Shown here piece by piece: positions 39,601 to 48,435 of a DNA stretch of 64,000 bases. The translations under genes were made by a program, and so were the position numbers. Position 1 is the stretch's first letter. Each line of letters begins with the position of its first letter. The notes beneath the pieces were generated by a model. It did no database searches. It was given only the letters and a program-made list of their open reading frames with translations, and had not been told where the DNA came from. The stretch comes from SAR324 cluster bacterium (GTDB lineage: Bacteria > SAR324 > NAC60-12): NCBI GenBank assembly GCA_015231825.1, contig JADGAV010000008.1, positions 78,515 through 142,514 of the forward strand. The letters run 5' to 3'.

Positions 39601-41547
39601 GCCCAGGGAATGCTCGGATATTTTAAAGAATCTCTGCAGAGTTTTGAAAAATTTTTCAATGTTTCGGAGCAAACGGCAGACCAGGTTCTTCAGCGTGATA
39701 TTATTCTGGCCCGTATTCAAGTTGCATTGCGAATGGAAGAACCAGAAACGGCACTTTATTACCTCGACAAGGCAGCTGCTGTCTCAGAGAAATCCGGGGA
39801 CCCATATCTCAAAGCAATGTTGGCGATTTATGCAGGGTTCACCCATATGGCATTGGGCCAGCTGGATGATGCGGCTCATTATCTTGAAAGGCAGGCAAAG
39901 GCTCTTGCAGATCGAATTGATTCCATCCTGTTGAACATCCATCTCAAATTCGCCCTGGCAAAACTGCACTGGTTGCAGACGAAAGATACCCAATTCCTTA
40001 AGGAAGCCAATCAAATTCTCGTTGAAATGCACGAACACGAAATCACGGGATTCTACGAAATCTACAAAGACGATCTCAAAAACTGGGCCACTTTTTTCAG
40101 CGACTCTTCCAGCCAGCTTTCAACTTTTCTTTCCGGTAACCTGCAGATGACTCAGTTGATGGAAATCAACCGTGAGATTACGGCAACTCTGGAAGTTGAA
40201 TCACTTTTAGATTATGTACTCAAAGGGGCAATGACCATCGTGGGAGCGGAACACGGGTATCTGTTCACCTATGACAATGATTTTGACAGTTCCAATCCCA
40301 ACTTGCTGCCTGCGCTTCGGCTGACCCGTAATGCCGAAGGAGAATTAATTCCGGTGAACCAGTATGTTTTCAGCAAATCGGTGGTGCGCACTGTGATGGA
40401 TACCAAGAAAACCATCATCACACGTGACGCTCGCAACGAAAAAGAATGGAACCTGGAGCACAGTGTCAATCATCATACTTTACGTTCGATTTTAGCAACA
40501 CCGATTCTGCTGCAGAAACAAATCAAAGGAATTCTTTATCTGGACAACCATCATGCTTCTTCCGTTTTTAGCTTCAAAGATAGAGAAATCGTCGACATGT
40601 TTGCAACGCAAGTCGCCATTGCTCTCAACAATGCCCAAATTTATGAGCAGGAACAGGAAGCTCATCGAAAAACCGAAGCGACGCTGAGAACATTTGAACG
40701 CTTTATTCCCCGTCAGTTTACGGATCGTTTCGCGGAAGGAAACATCGAAAATTTAAAAACCGGACTATCACAAAAAGAAACGCTTTCAATCCTTTTTTCT
40801 GATATTCGGAATTTCACCTCCTTCACAGAATCGATGAGCCCTGATGACATCTTTAAATTTCTCAATTCCTATCTCCTTCGCATGGAGGCTCCTATTCGAA
40901 AACATGAGGGTTTCGTCGACAAATTCATTGGTGATGGAATAATGGCATTATTCGAGCAGTCTCCAAAAGATGCAGTCATGGCTGGCATTGAGATGCTGGC
41001 AACTTTGGAGGATTACAACATTCATCGGAATAAAAAAGGAAAAGTGCCGGTCAGATGCGGGATCGGGATCAATACCGGAGAAGTGATGCTGGGGGTCGTT
41101 GGTTCAAATCAGCGCACGGATACCACGGTGCTTGGAGATGCCGTCAATACCGCTTCACGGGTCGAGGCCTTAACGAAATATTATGGTGCAACTTTTCTGA
41201 TCACTGGAGAAACTTACAACTACGTGCATGGTATGAAAAATCTATTTGTACGATTGATTGACGAGGTACAGGTCAAAGGGAGAGAGAAGGGCACTCAAAT
41301 TTACGAAATTTTTAACGATGCCGCTGATCCTGTCAAAGAAAAAATACTAAAGCAGTATCCTCTTTTTCATCAAGCATTTCAGGTTTATCAGCAGGGAGAC
41401 TGGAACTCCTGCAGCAAATTATTTGCAGAATATGCTGATTGTATTCCTGAAGATAAAGTGGCAGATCGTTTTATCGAGCGGTGTCAATTTTTCACCCAGC
41501 TTCCACCGGAAAACTGGACGGGAATTTACAGGATTGAAAACAAATAG
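36643..41547 (+). CDS. Giant signalling protein fusing a Ser/Thr protein kinase, a STAND/AAA-type NTPase, a helical region, a GAF domain and a class III adenylate/guanylate cyclase
   Basis: The 1634-aa product contains kinase motifs (VHHDLKSSNIIL, DFG, APE), a P-loop (FLEGIKGIGRTTVL), a GAF region (LEVESLLDYVLKGAMTIVGAEHGYLF) and cyclase motifs (LFSDIRNFTSF...FIGDGIMALF...LGDAVNTASRVEAL). Confidence 0.9.
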   Translation: MWTHSSLIGQLLVKRYEIRKLLGEGGMGQVFLVWDRQTREEKAVKLVDVRKKRIPMEAILRFKTEAETLKSLRHPNIIKYEDFFETDEIYGMVMEYEPSSSLTQYLQKFRTMPIRTVLTLFHQLADALAFIHEKGLVHHDLKSSNIILSEEDGTQTFKLLDFGFAKLLGSSEHMTEGTLIYMAPEQTGILQKNIDHRADLYSLGIVVYQALTGQVPFTSSDPAILVHQHIAQTPEKPTKLREETPKILEELVLKLLNKDPDDRYRTSNGLLKDLFQYQRIVDSYATLDASFDLGEQDHRDSFPQVNPFVGREEVLQNLENIINSTVHLKKGGVVFLEGIKGIGRTTVLSNFFNRLQCRPVGRSIFLSIRKEDFKLPYQLVIRLLNFVIFHLKSLPESEQHSFLLKVKTVFSYRFDLLLELVPQLRPWYDQEHKIELAKGKNWSSEDYEWLIVDLLRAISETMQHAIILIDDLHYVEPKSAQCLINCFERLAEIPVLLIFSYTHEELPRKYLKWIEHYEKEPFFHNLHLGPFQEKHYFDLLQKLFSKQLYDAPKLVVPLYQATQGNPAFLRKLLQDLVDSKLIFFEKQSWNTDLEASLKFIENYNTQLIFDPLRQWEPDDRAILQRGAVFHKAFTMEALISVSSSPPALEHVTESRAIKLLDNALRTGVLFLEAGRYYAFRDNQVRQNLLETLSLDLRRNIHRGIAQHLEEYALPIDPASIYNIAYHWEKAGDTVTAIRYNLKAARHTDDGLFHDRNAEIYYNLALNGLKQIPQDAIEPELQFEIRYNAIRHTLAQSQQFDRLWEETLELEIWVGDDSIKRIKLLYIKAFLSFMRGRKDKMFQYGHEALDLSVTEEEKKQVVGIYNILGRVASEKTFSERIELLCKGIEMAFQYQQFSEAPGSVVILSILLAYQARFKEAHQKIGQYTKILDDHQFPGDELRISALICLETERGNFNEVLALHKKMNYENRFVNPLIQLFYQGRVALAQGMLGYFKESLQSFEKFFNVSEQTADQVLQRDIILARIQVALRMEEPETALYYLDKAAAVSEKSGDPYLKAMLAIYAGFTHMALGQLDDAAHYLERQAKALADRIDSILLNIHLKFALAKLHWLQTKDTQFLKEANQILVEMHEHEITGFYEIYKDDLKNWATFFSDSSSQLSTFLSGNLQMTQLMEINREITATLEVESLLDYVLKGAMTIVGAEHGYLFTYDNDFDSSNPNLLPALRLTRNAEGELIPVNQYVFSKSVVRTVMDTKKTIITRDARNEKEWNLEHSVNHHTLRSILATPILLQKQIKGILYLDNHHASSVFSFKDREIVDMFATQVAIALNNAQIYEQEQEAHRKTEATLRTFERFIPRQFTDRFAEGNIENLKTGLSQKETLSILFSDIRNFTSFTESMSPDDIFKFLNSYLLRMEAPIRKHEGFVDKFIGDGIMALFEQSPKDAVMAGIEMLATLEDYNIHRNKKGKVPVRCGIGINTGEVMLGVVGSNQRTDTTVLGDAVNTASRVEALTKYYGATFLITGETYNYVHGMKNLFVRLIDEVQVKGREKGTQIYEIFNDAADPVKEKILKQYPLFHQAFQVYQQGDWNSCSKLFAEYADCIPEDKVADRFIERCQFFTQLPPENWTGIYRIENK

Positions 41548-41643
41548 GTTTTGTCAAACAGTGATTGAGTTTTCAGTGAAGCGATCTCGATGCCCGGTAA
41601 TTACATTTTGCTTGAGCATTTTTATTTTTAGGAACCAGACATT

Positions 41644-42414
41644 TTGGAAAGCGCCGTGAATAACAATATTTTACGCCTTGAAGGCAAACGTGTTTTAGTA
41701 ACCGGTGCATCCAGCGGTTTAGGTGCACACTTTGCCGAAATATTATCTGCAGCGGGAGCAGAGCTTGTTTTGACCGCACGTCGTCTGGACAAGCTTGAAG
41801 AAATCAAAAACAAAATTCATTCCGCCGGGGGAACGGCGACAGCGATTCAAATGGATGTCTGTTCTGAAGAGAGCGTCGTCCGCAGTTTTCAGGAAACGGG
41901 TCCTTTGGATGTGGTGATCAACAATGCCGGCATCAGCATTATTGGATCTGTCGATGAAATGAGTGAATCGGAATGGGATCAAGTAATTGATACAAATTTG
42001 AAGGGGGTCTGGCTGGTATCCAAAGCGGCAATTAAAGCGTGGAAAACCGTCAATAAATCAGGAAATTTGATCAATATTGCTTCAATAGCAGGAATACGGC
42101 CAAGCAATCAATTGCCTCCCTATATTGCATCGAAGGGAGCTGTTATTCAACTGACGAAGTCGATTGCTTTGGATTGTGCCCGTTTCAACATTCGCTGCAA
42201 TGCGCTCTGTCCCGGATACATTGAAACCGACATGAACCGAACATTTTTAAATTCTGAAGCAGGTCACCGCCAAATCAAACGCATCCCGTTCCGCCGAACG
42301 GGTCAGTTATCAGAACTTGATGGGCCATTACTATTGCTGGCTTCAGATGCTTCCTCGTACATGAGCGGCAGCATACTCGTTGTTGATGGTGCCCACCTCT
42401 GCTCCACTTTATAA
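41644..42414 (+). CDS. Short-chain dehydrogenase/reductase (SDR)
   Basis: The Rossmann motif is VLVTGASSGLG, and the catalytic YxxxK lies in YIASKGAV. Confidence 0.9.
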   Translation: MESAVNNNILRLEGKRVLVTGASSGLGAHFAEILSAAGAELVLTARRLDKLEEIKNKIHSAGGTATAIQMDVCSEESVVRSFQETGPLDVVINNAGISIIGSVDEMSESEWDQVIDTNLKGVWLVSKAAIKAWKTVNKSGNLINIASIAGIRPSNQLPPYIASKGAVIQLTKSIALDCARFNIRCNALCPGYIETDMNRTFLNSEAGHRQIKRIPFRRTGQLSELDGPLLLLASDASSYMSGSILVVDGAHLCSTL

Positions 42415-42431
42415 AAGGAGGAGCACATTCC

Positions 42432-43265
42432 TCAGCTCGGAGATTTTATGGCAAACAAACGGTAAGCATTTTCCGTTGTCTGTGCCACGAAGTCATCCAG
42501 CGAAACTCTGCGTTCATTTGCCAGAAATTCTGCGATCACCGGGATATTAGAAGGATCATTGGGTTTTCCACGGAAGGGGATCGGTGCGAGAAAGGGGGAA
42601 TCGGTTTCCAGTAAAAGACGATCCATTGGAACATAACAGGCCACTTCTCTCACATCTTCCGCGTTCCGAAAGGTTGCAATCCCGTTGATGCCGATATACC
42701 AGTCCATCTCCAGTAAACTTCGAGCCATCTCCAATCCGCTGGTAAAACTGTGAGCCACTCCTTTACGGGTGACCGGGTTTTGCCTCAATATCCTTAAAGT
42801 ATCATCTTGAGCGTCTCGGCTATGGAGCACAACGGGTAATGCTAACTCTTCTGCCAACATCAGCTGCTGATGAAACACTTCCTGCTGTACTTCCTTCTCC
42901 GAATGCATGTAATGATAGTCCAATCCTGTTTCTCCAACAGCCACAATTCTTTCGGAAAGGATCGCCCCATTCCGAATTTGTTCGGCGATCTCTGCAGAAA
43001 AAGTGAATGCTTCATGAGGGTGTACCCCAAGGCACCCAAATACCTGGGGATACATCTCAGTGGCCTTTAAAACAAAACGAATTGATTTTTCATCAGTGGC
43101 AATCGTGATCACTTGTTGAACATCCGCCGCCATCGCTTTTTCCAAAGCGTCCTCAGTCCCCAATTTCAACATCTCCAAGTGGCAGTGAGTATCAATAAAA
43201 CTTGTCATCTTTTCCTTATCGGATATGATAAATAATTTACCTAGGATTGAACAAAAATTGCTCAT
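42432..43265 (-). CDS. tatD: TatD-family metal-dependent hydrolase (DNase)
   Basis: FIDTHCHLE opens the protein, and the conserved His and Asp residues are spread along its 277 aa. Confidence 0.88.
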   Translation of the reverse strand: MSNFCSILGKLFIISDKEKMTSFIDTHCHLEMLKLGTEDALEKAMAADVQQVITIATDEKSIRFVLKATEMYPQVFGCLGVHPHEAFTFSAEIAEQIRNGAILSERIVAVGETGLDYHYMHSEKEVQQEVFHQQLMLAEELALPVVLHSRDAQDDTLRILRQNPVTRKGVAHSFTSGLEMARSLLEMDWYIGINGIATFRNAEDVREVACYVPMDRLLLETDSPFLAPIPFRGKPNDPSNIPVIAEFLANERRVSLDDFVAQTTENAYRLFAIKSPS

Positions 43266-43385
43266 TGAAATAGATCAAATCACATTCATTTACAATCTCA
43301 ATCCGAACCCATCCTGTATTTTCTGAAAATGCCTGAAAATCCAATGCGAATTTTGCCAAGACCGACCAACCGCCGCGTCAGAAAA

Positions 43386-43688
43386 ATGATGACTCAAATA
43401 GGATTTCTTTTTTCAATAATCCTGATGCTGACTTCTTGTTACACTACAACGTTTTATCTGGACACAGACCGACTTCGGGTTGCTCATGACGGCGAAGCAT
43501 CCCATGCCAGCACCGTCCTTTCCACTGTGGATCTTGATGATCCCACACAATTGAGACCTCTTTGCCCCAGCGGCATATCCAAACTGGAAATGGAGCAAAC
43601 CCTCACAGACGGCTTACTTCACTATTTCACCCTCGGATTTTACAGCACCCAGACAACTCGAGTCTGGTGTAAACGACGGCATCAATAG
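43386..43688 (+). CDS. Small putative lipoprotein
   Basis: The internal start MMTQIGFLFSIILMLTSC carries a lipobox. The longer ORF from 43329 adds a basic non-signal extension. Confidence 0.45.
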   Translation: MMTQIGFLFSIILMLTSCYTTTFYLDTDRLRVAHDGEASHASTVLSTVDLDDPTQLRPLCPSGISKLEMEQTLTDGLLHYFTLGFYSTQTTRVWCKRRHQ

Positions 43689-43717
43689 TCCCCAATATCT
43701 TCTCACAATCTAAAATA

Positions 43718-44434
43718 ATGAATTTCAGTACGCTGTCTCAGAGAATCGGTTATCAGTTCATAAATTCTGAAGTATTGCGTCAGGCATGTACTCACAAATC
43801 CTTCGTCAATGAACATGCCGATGCAGAAATAAAAGACAACGAACGTTTGGAATTTTTGGGAGATGCCGTCTTGGATTTGGTCGTCAGCGACTTGCTGATG
43901 GAACGCTTTCCAGATCTCCCGGAAGGTGGATTAACAAAGTTGCGGGCGAGCCTCGTCAGCGAATCCGGATTGAGTAAAATCGCAGAAGCAATCGACTTGG
44001 GGAAATTTATTTTGCTTGGCAAAGGAGAAGAATTGACTGGAGGTCGCGAAAAAAAGTCCATCCTCTCCAGCACATTTGAAGCGCTTATTGCCGCTATTTA
44101 TATTGACAGTCGTGAGCAAGGATTGAACACGGTGAGGAAGGTGATTCAAGACCTCTTTGAAAATGAAATTCCATCGACTGAGGAAACTTTTTTTCCCCGC
44201 GATTATAAAACTGAATTGCAGGAATATGTCCAAAAACGTTTTCACACGATCAGCACTTACAAACTATATAATGCCTCTGGTCCAGACCACGAAAAAGAAT
44301 TTGAAGTCGCAGCATTGATCGATGACAGGGAGTATGGGCGCGGCAAAGGGAGCAGCAAAAAACAGGCAGAACAAGTGGCAGCAAAAGAAGCTTTATCTCA
44401 ACTGAAAAGCACGGAAATGGAATCGGTAAAATAG
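43718..44434 (+). CDS. rnc: Ribonuclease III
   Basis: The RNase III signature is ERLEFLGDAVLDLVVSDLL. A dsRBD lies at the C-terminus (GPDHEKEFEVAALIDDREYGRGKGSSKKQAEQVAAKEAL). Confidence 0.93.
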   Translation: MNFSTLSQRIGYQFINSEVLRQACTHKSFVNEHADAEIKDNERLEFLGDAVLDLVVSDLLMERFPDLPEGGLTKLRASLVSESGLSKIAEAIDLGKFILLGKGEELTGGREKKSILSSTFEALIAAIYIDSREQGLNTVRKVIQDLFENEIPSTEETFFPRDYKTELQEYVQKRFHTISTYKLYNASGPDHEKEFEVAALIDDREYGRGKGSSKKQAEQVAAKEALSQLKSTEMESVK

Positions 44435-44476
44435 CAGACTGCCGCACAAAAAAGCATACACCAACGAGCAAATCGG

Positions 44477-45235
44477 ATGACAAACGAGGAATCAGAACAG
44501 GAAATAAGGATTCAAAAGGTTATTGCCAATGCAGGGATAGCATCTCGGAGAGCGGCAGAAAAACTAATTTCGGCAGGCTTGGTTGAAGTGAATGGGAAAA
44601 GAGCAAGCCTGGGACAGCGAATGCTCGTTGGTGTCGACGAACTAAAAGTGGAAGGCCAGCGGGTTCGGCTCAATGCCGCCAAAAAGAGCGTTGTCTACGC
44701 CCTGTATAAACCTAAAAATTGCATTACGACTCTTAATGATCCTCAGGGGCGTCCCACCGTCAAGGATTTTTTTCCGGAAACAAAACAATCTCTTTTTCCA
44801 GTTGGACGATTGGACTATGACGCAGAAGGGTTGCTGCTCGTGACAAATGACGGGGAATTCGCACAGCAAATAATTCATCCGAAATACAAACTATGGAAAA
44901 CCTATTTTGTCAAAATTAAGGGACTGATTTCACCCCCGGAACTTGAAAAATTAAAAAAAGGTCCCCGCTTTGGAGGAAGACTGCATCTGCCGGTTAAAGT
45001 AAAAATCATTCATTCAATTCATGACAAAACCTGGCTTGAAGTTTCCTTGCAGGAAGGTAAAAATCAGCAAATTAAAAAAATGTTCAGGAAACTGGGCTAT
45101 TTTGTACTGAAAATCAAACGATATAGTATCGACTGCATCACTCTGGACAATTTGGAACCAGGAATGTATCGAATGCTTTCCTCTCAGGAAATTTCAAATT
45201 TGCTCAATGCATCAGCAAAGAATATTCAGAAATAA
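44477..45235 (+). CDS. Pseudouridine synthase, RsuA/RluB family, with an N-terminal S4 domain
   Basis: The S4 domain is RIQKVIANAGIASRRAAEKLI. The catalytic region is GRLDYDAEGLLLVTNDG. Confidence 0.9.
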   Translation: MTNEESEQEIRIQKVIANAGIASRRAAEKLISAGLVEVNGKRASLGQRMLVGVDELKVEGQRVRLNAAKKSVVYALYKPKNCITTLNDPQGRPTVKDFFPETKQSLFPVGRLDYDAEGLLLVTNDGEFAQQIIHPKYKLWKTYFVKIKGLISPPELEKLKKGPRFGGRLHLPVKVKIIHSIHDKTWLEVSLQEGKNQQIKKMFRKLGYFVLKIKRYSIDCITLDNLEPGMYRMLSSQEISNLLNASAKNIQK

Positions 45236-45345
45236 ACTTCCATTTTCATAGACCAGAATTTCCAGGATATGGCATGATACTCGCTTGCTTCTCTTTTGTT
45301 GAATTGGAAAATTTTTCTTTCTAATCTGTTTTTCAGGAATTATTT

Positions 45346-46980
45346 ATGGAAGAGCAGGAAGTAGAAGCTCTATTTGAATTGAAAGTTCAATCAGGCAAGA
45401 TCTACTTAAGGATCTCCCCCCCGCAATACAATCTCAAAGCAGATCTAGATGAAATCCAGGAGCAGCTTCATGATATGGAAGCTGATTATCTGCCGGAAAC
45501 GCTGCTCGAAATTTATGAAGAAGCCAGCAACAATTTCGAACTGCTTTGTGATGAAGAAGTCACTGATTTTCAGTTCAATATTGAATTGACCAACGGATTT
45601 GCTGGTGCCTATTTGACCGTTATCCCTCCCATTTCTGAACCCACGACCCCCCTTTCTACAGCATTGATGGAAGAAGAATTAAGAAACAAAGGGGTCATTC
45701 AAGGGATCATGAAGGATGTGCTGCAAAAGATCATTGACGAGCAAATCGAACATGAACCTGTTTTGGTGGCCCGGGGGAGAAAACCGGTCAACGGGAAGGA
45801 CGGTTATATTCAACTCGTTTATGGTGCAGACAATCAGAAAAAGAAGGAAGAAGCGCTCCGTGTCAATCATCGGGAAATGAATGTAATTTCAACCGCAAAA
45901 GTGGGAGATGTGCTCGTCAATATCATTCCTCCCACTGCGGGACGGAATGGCTTCAACGTAAAAGGGATGCCGATTTCTGCGAAACCTGGCAAAAAGGTGA
46001 CTTTATTGCCGGGCAGGCATACGGCCTTTAATGGAGACCGGACTCAAATCCGGGCTACCAAGGCCGGTTACGTTGTTTTGATGGACTATAAAATTTCCAT
46101 TGAAAATATTTATAAAGTGCAGAACATCGACGGGTCAGTCGGCAACCTCAATTTTGACGGCATCGTGTATGTCGATGGCAATATTGAAGACGGCTATACA
46201 GTCCACGCAACAGTCAGAATTGAAGTAAGAGGATCCGTCGGCAAAGCCAATCTCTTTACAGAAGGAGAGATCATCGTTGAAAAAGGAATCATGGGGGCGA
46301 CCGTCAAAGCCGATGGTTCCGTGCGCACAGCCTTTATTTCCGATTCTAAAATTGATGCCGGCCGCAACGTGATTGTCAAAGAATATATTCTCAATTCGGA
46401 TGTATCTGCAGGAAAGGTGATCCATGTGACCAACCCGGAAGGATCTTTTCATGGCGGTAACTGTCACAGTGGAAACTTTATCAATATTCCCAACGTCGGT
46501 TCAAACAAACTGGGAGATGAAACCATGGTCGAAGTGGGCATGGACCCGGAAACAAGGCTTCATTTCAAAAGGTTGGAATCCACGATACAGGACAATCTTT
46601 ACAAATTTGAAAAAACCAAAAAGAATTTGATGCTCTTACAGGCAGCCCGGGAAAAAAGAGGAGTGCTTCAATCTGAACATGAAAAAATGTTCAATCAACT
46701 GGCTCAGGAAGTTCAGCAGTTACGTGATGATTCCATCAAAGATATCAAGGAATGGCGGAACACGATGGATATCGTTAAAGTGGAACATGACAAATCGGGA
46801 GGAATTATTTTCATTGCAGGAAATATCTACCCCGGAGCCATCGTTAAAATTCGGCGAATGCTGTATCATGTTCAAATGCCGGTTGCACGCGCAGCATTTT
46901 TATCTGTCAAAGGCAGAATTCAAATGCAGGACTATGATGATGTGATCCGTTTCTACAGACGGCATTTTCTAAAAAAGTAA
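45346..46980 (+). CDS. DUF342 (FapA-like) family protein
   Basis: The 544-aa product has an N-terminal domain followed by degenerate beta-helix-like repeats (GSVGNLNFDGIVYVDGNIEDGYTVHATVRIEVRGSVGKANLFTEGEIIVE...), which is typical of DUF342. Confidence 0.7.
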   Translation: MEEQEVEALFELKVQSGKIYLRISPPQYNLKADLDEIQEQLHDMEADYLPETLLEIYEEASNNFELLCDEEVTDFQFNIELTNGFAGAYLTVIPPISEPTTPLSTALMEEELRNKGVIQGIMKDVLQKIIDEQIEHEPVLVARGRKPVNGKDGYIQLVYGADNQKKKEEALRVNHREMNVISTAKVGDVLVNIIPPTAGRNGFNVKGMPISAKPGKKVTLLPGRHTAFNGDRTQIRATKAGYVVLMDYKISIENIYKVQNIDGSVGNLNFDGIVYVDGNIEDGYTVHATVRIEVRGSVGKANLFTEGEIIVEKGIMGATVKADGSVRTAFISDSKIDAGRNVIVKEYILNSDVSAGKVIHVTNPEGSFHGGNCHSGNFINIPNVGSNKLGDETMVEVGMDPETRLHFKRLESTIQDNLYKFEKTKKNLMLLQAAREKRGVLQSEHEKMFNQLAQEVQQLRDDSIKDIKEWRNTMDIVKVEHDKSGGIIFIAGNIYPGAIVKIRRMLYHVQMPVARAAFLSVKGRIQMQDYDDVIRFYRRHFLKK

Positions 46981-47000
46981 TAAGCACTGAGTCTGAAATT

Positions 47001-47840
47001 ATGGCACGAATGAGCAGAACAGAGGTGGAGCGGAGAATCCAGCGAAGAGACAAGATGAGAAATCTCGACCTGACAGGACTCAACCTGGAGGATTTGGTCA
47101 TGGTGGGCGTGGATTTGCGAGATTCGATTTTAACCAGCTGCAATTTGAACGGTGTCAATTTGAGCGGCAGCATGCTGGAGCACTGCAGTTTTATCGACTG
47201 CGATCTGATCGAGGCCACTTTGCAGGAAGCCTCTTTGGTCAAATGTTCACTCGACCGTGCCAATTTTCAAAACGCAAATTTGATTGAAGCAAATTTGCGG
47301 GAAGCAGAAATGAAGCAAACCAATTTCAATGGCGCAAATCTGGATCGGGCACTTTTACTGAAAGTAAGAGCAGAATTGGCAGATTTTTCAAGCACCTCTC
47401 TTTACAAGAGCCGATTTGATGAATCCATCGTTGTTCTATGCGATTTTTCTGCATGTGATTCTGGCGAATTGGAAGCAGCCAACGCTGATTTTTCAGGTTC
47501 AGTTTTTCAGGGAGTGAAAATGGATCGTTCCAACTTCAAAGGCTCCAACATGAGTTTTTGCGATCTCACCGGTGCATTCATGCGCGGCTGTTCGATGGAA
47601 GGAGTCAATTTCTTTTCTTCTACTCTAAAAGAAACTCAACTGACCAAATCCAATCTTCTCGATACCCACTTCATGAAAGTTTACGGAGAAGCGGCAAGAA
47701 TCAATGGCGCCAATTTAAAAAATGCAAACATGATTGATGCAGACTTTACAGGAGGAAATTTTGATGCTTCCTACATGGTCGATGTTGTGGAAAAAGAGAC
47801 CGTTTTCAACGAGGCCAGCTTCAAAAACACCCGCAGGTAG
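47001..47840 (+). CDS. Pentapeptide-repeat protein
   Basis: Tandem A(D/N)LxX pentapeptides run throughout (ANFQNANLIEANLREAEMKQTNFNGANLDRA...). Confidence 0.85.
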   Translation: MARMSRTEVERRIQRRDKMRNLDLTGLNLEDLVMVGVDLRDSILTSCNLNGVNLSGSMLEHCSFIDCDLIEATLQEASLVKCSLDRANFQNANLIEANLREAEMKQTNFNGANLDRALLLKVRAELADFSSTSLYKSRFDESIVVLCDFSACDSGELEAANADFSGSVFQGVKMDRSNFKGSNMSFCDLTGAFMRGCSMEGVNFFSSTLKETQLTKSNLLDTHFMKVYGEAARINGANLKNANMIDADFTGGNFDASYMVDVVEKETVFNEASFKNTRR

Positions 47841-47844
47841 ACCA

Positions 47845-48312
47845 ATGCAGAAATTTTGGGGATGTGGTCTGATAATGCTTGTTTCACTGCTCGCTGGTGC
47901 TCAAGCACACGGGGAATATCGAGCTTATGAGCTGGAAGTCTATGACCGGATTGAAAAAAAAACAGAAATTCTAAAAACCACTTTTTCCCCATCCGACTAT
48001 CTCCTCCTGCATGGAGGATCCCAGCGCATCAGCATTGTTACCCGAGCATCCTGGATTTGCTGGGGGGATACATCCCAATTCAAGGAAATCTGTCCTCCTC
48101 CCGATCCGATCAGTCCGCGTTTTTCTGTTGGGGATCAAGTTCAGGTGGTGCTGAAAAGACACGTGACCGATCAATGGGTTGGTGTCATTGAAAACGTGTT
48201 TTACCGTCCAGACCTGAGAAGCAACGTTTACGGCATTCGTTTCAAACAGCAAAAGAACCTTTATGCCCGGTACTATGAAGCCAACCTCCAAGCCGCTGCT
48301 CCCCCAAAATGA
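47845..48312 (+). CDS. Small secreted hypothetical protein
   Basis: The internal ATG at 47845 begins 5 nt after the pentapeptide-repeat gene's stop and gives a 155-aa product with a signal peptide (LIMLVSLLAGAQAHG). The longer ORF from 47734 overlaps the preceding gene. Confidence 0.5.
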   Translation: MQKFWGCGLIMLVSLLAGAQAHGEYRAYELEVYDRIEKKTEILKTTFSPSDYLLLHGGSQRISIVTRASWICWGDTSQFKEICPPPDPISPRFSVGDQVQVVLKRHVTDQWVGVIENVFYRPDLRSNVYGIRFKQQKNLYARYYEANLQAAAPPK

Positions 48313-48435
48313 AACCGACCCTTTGCTGACGTTCTAACGGGATCTTCGTTTTCAATTGCTTTTCATTCAAATCGAACACTTTTTAATGAACGGACCCTGG
48401 CAGGCGTCTCCGTCACTTCCTCAAGTCGATGAGTT

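Noticed and set aside
41548-41643. A weak hairpin plus T-run (TGCTTGAGCA TTTTTATTTTT) after the giant kinase gene, considered as a terminator.
   Set aside because: The stem is only 4 bp, which is too weak to call confidently.
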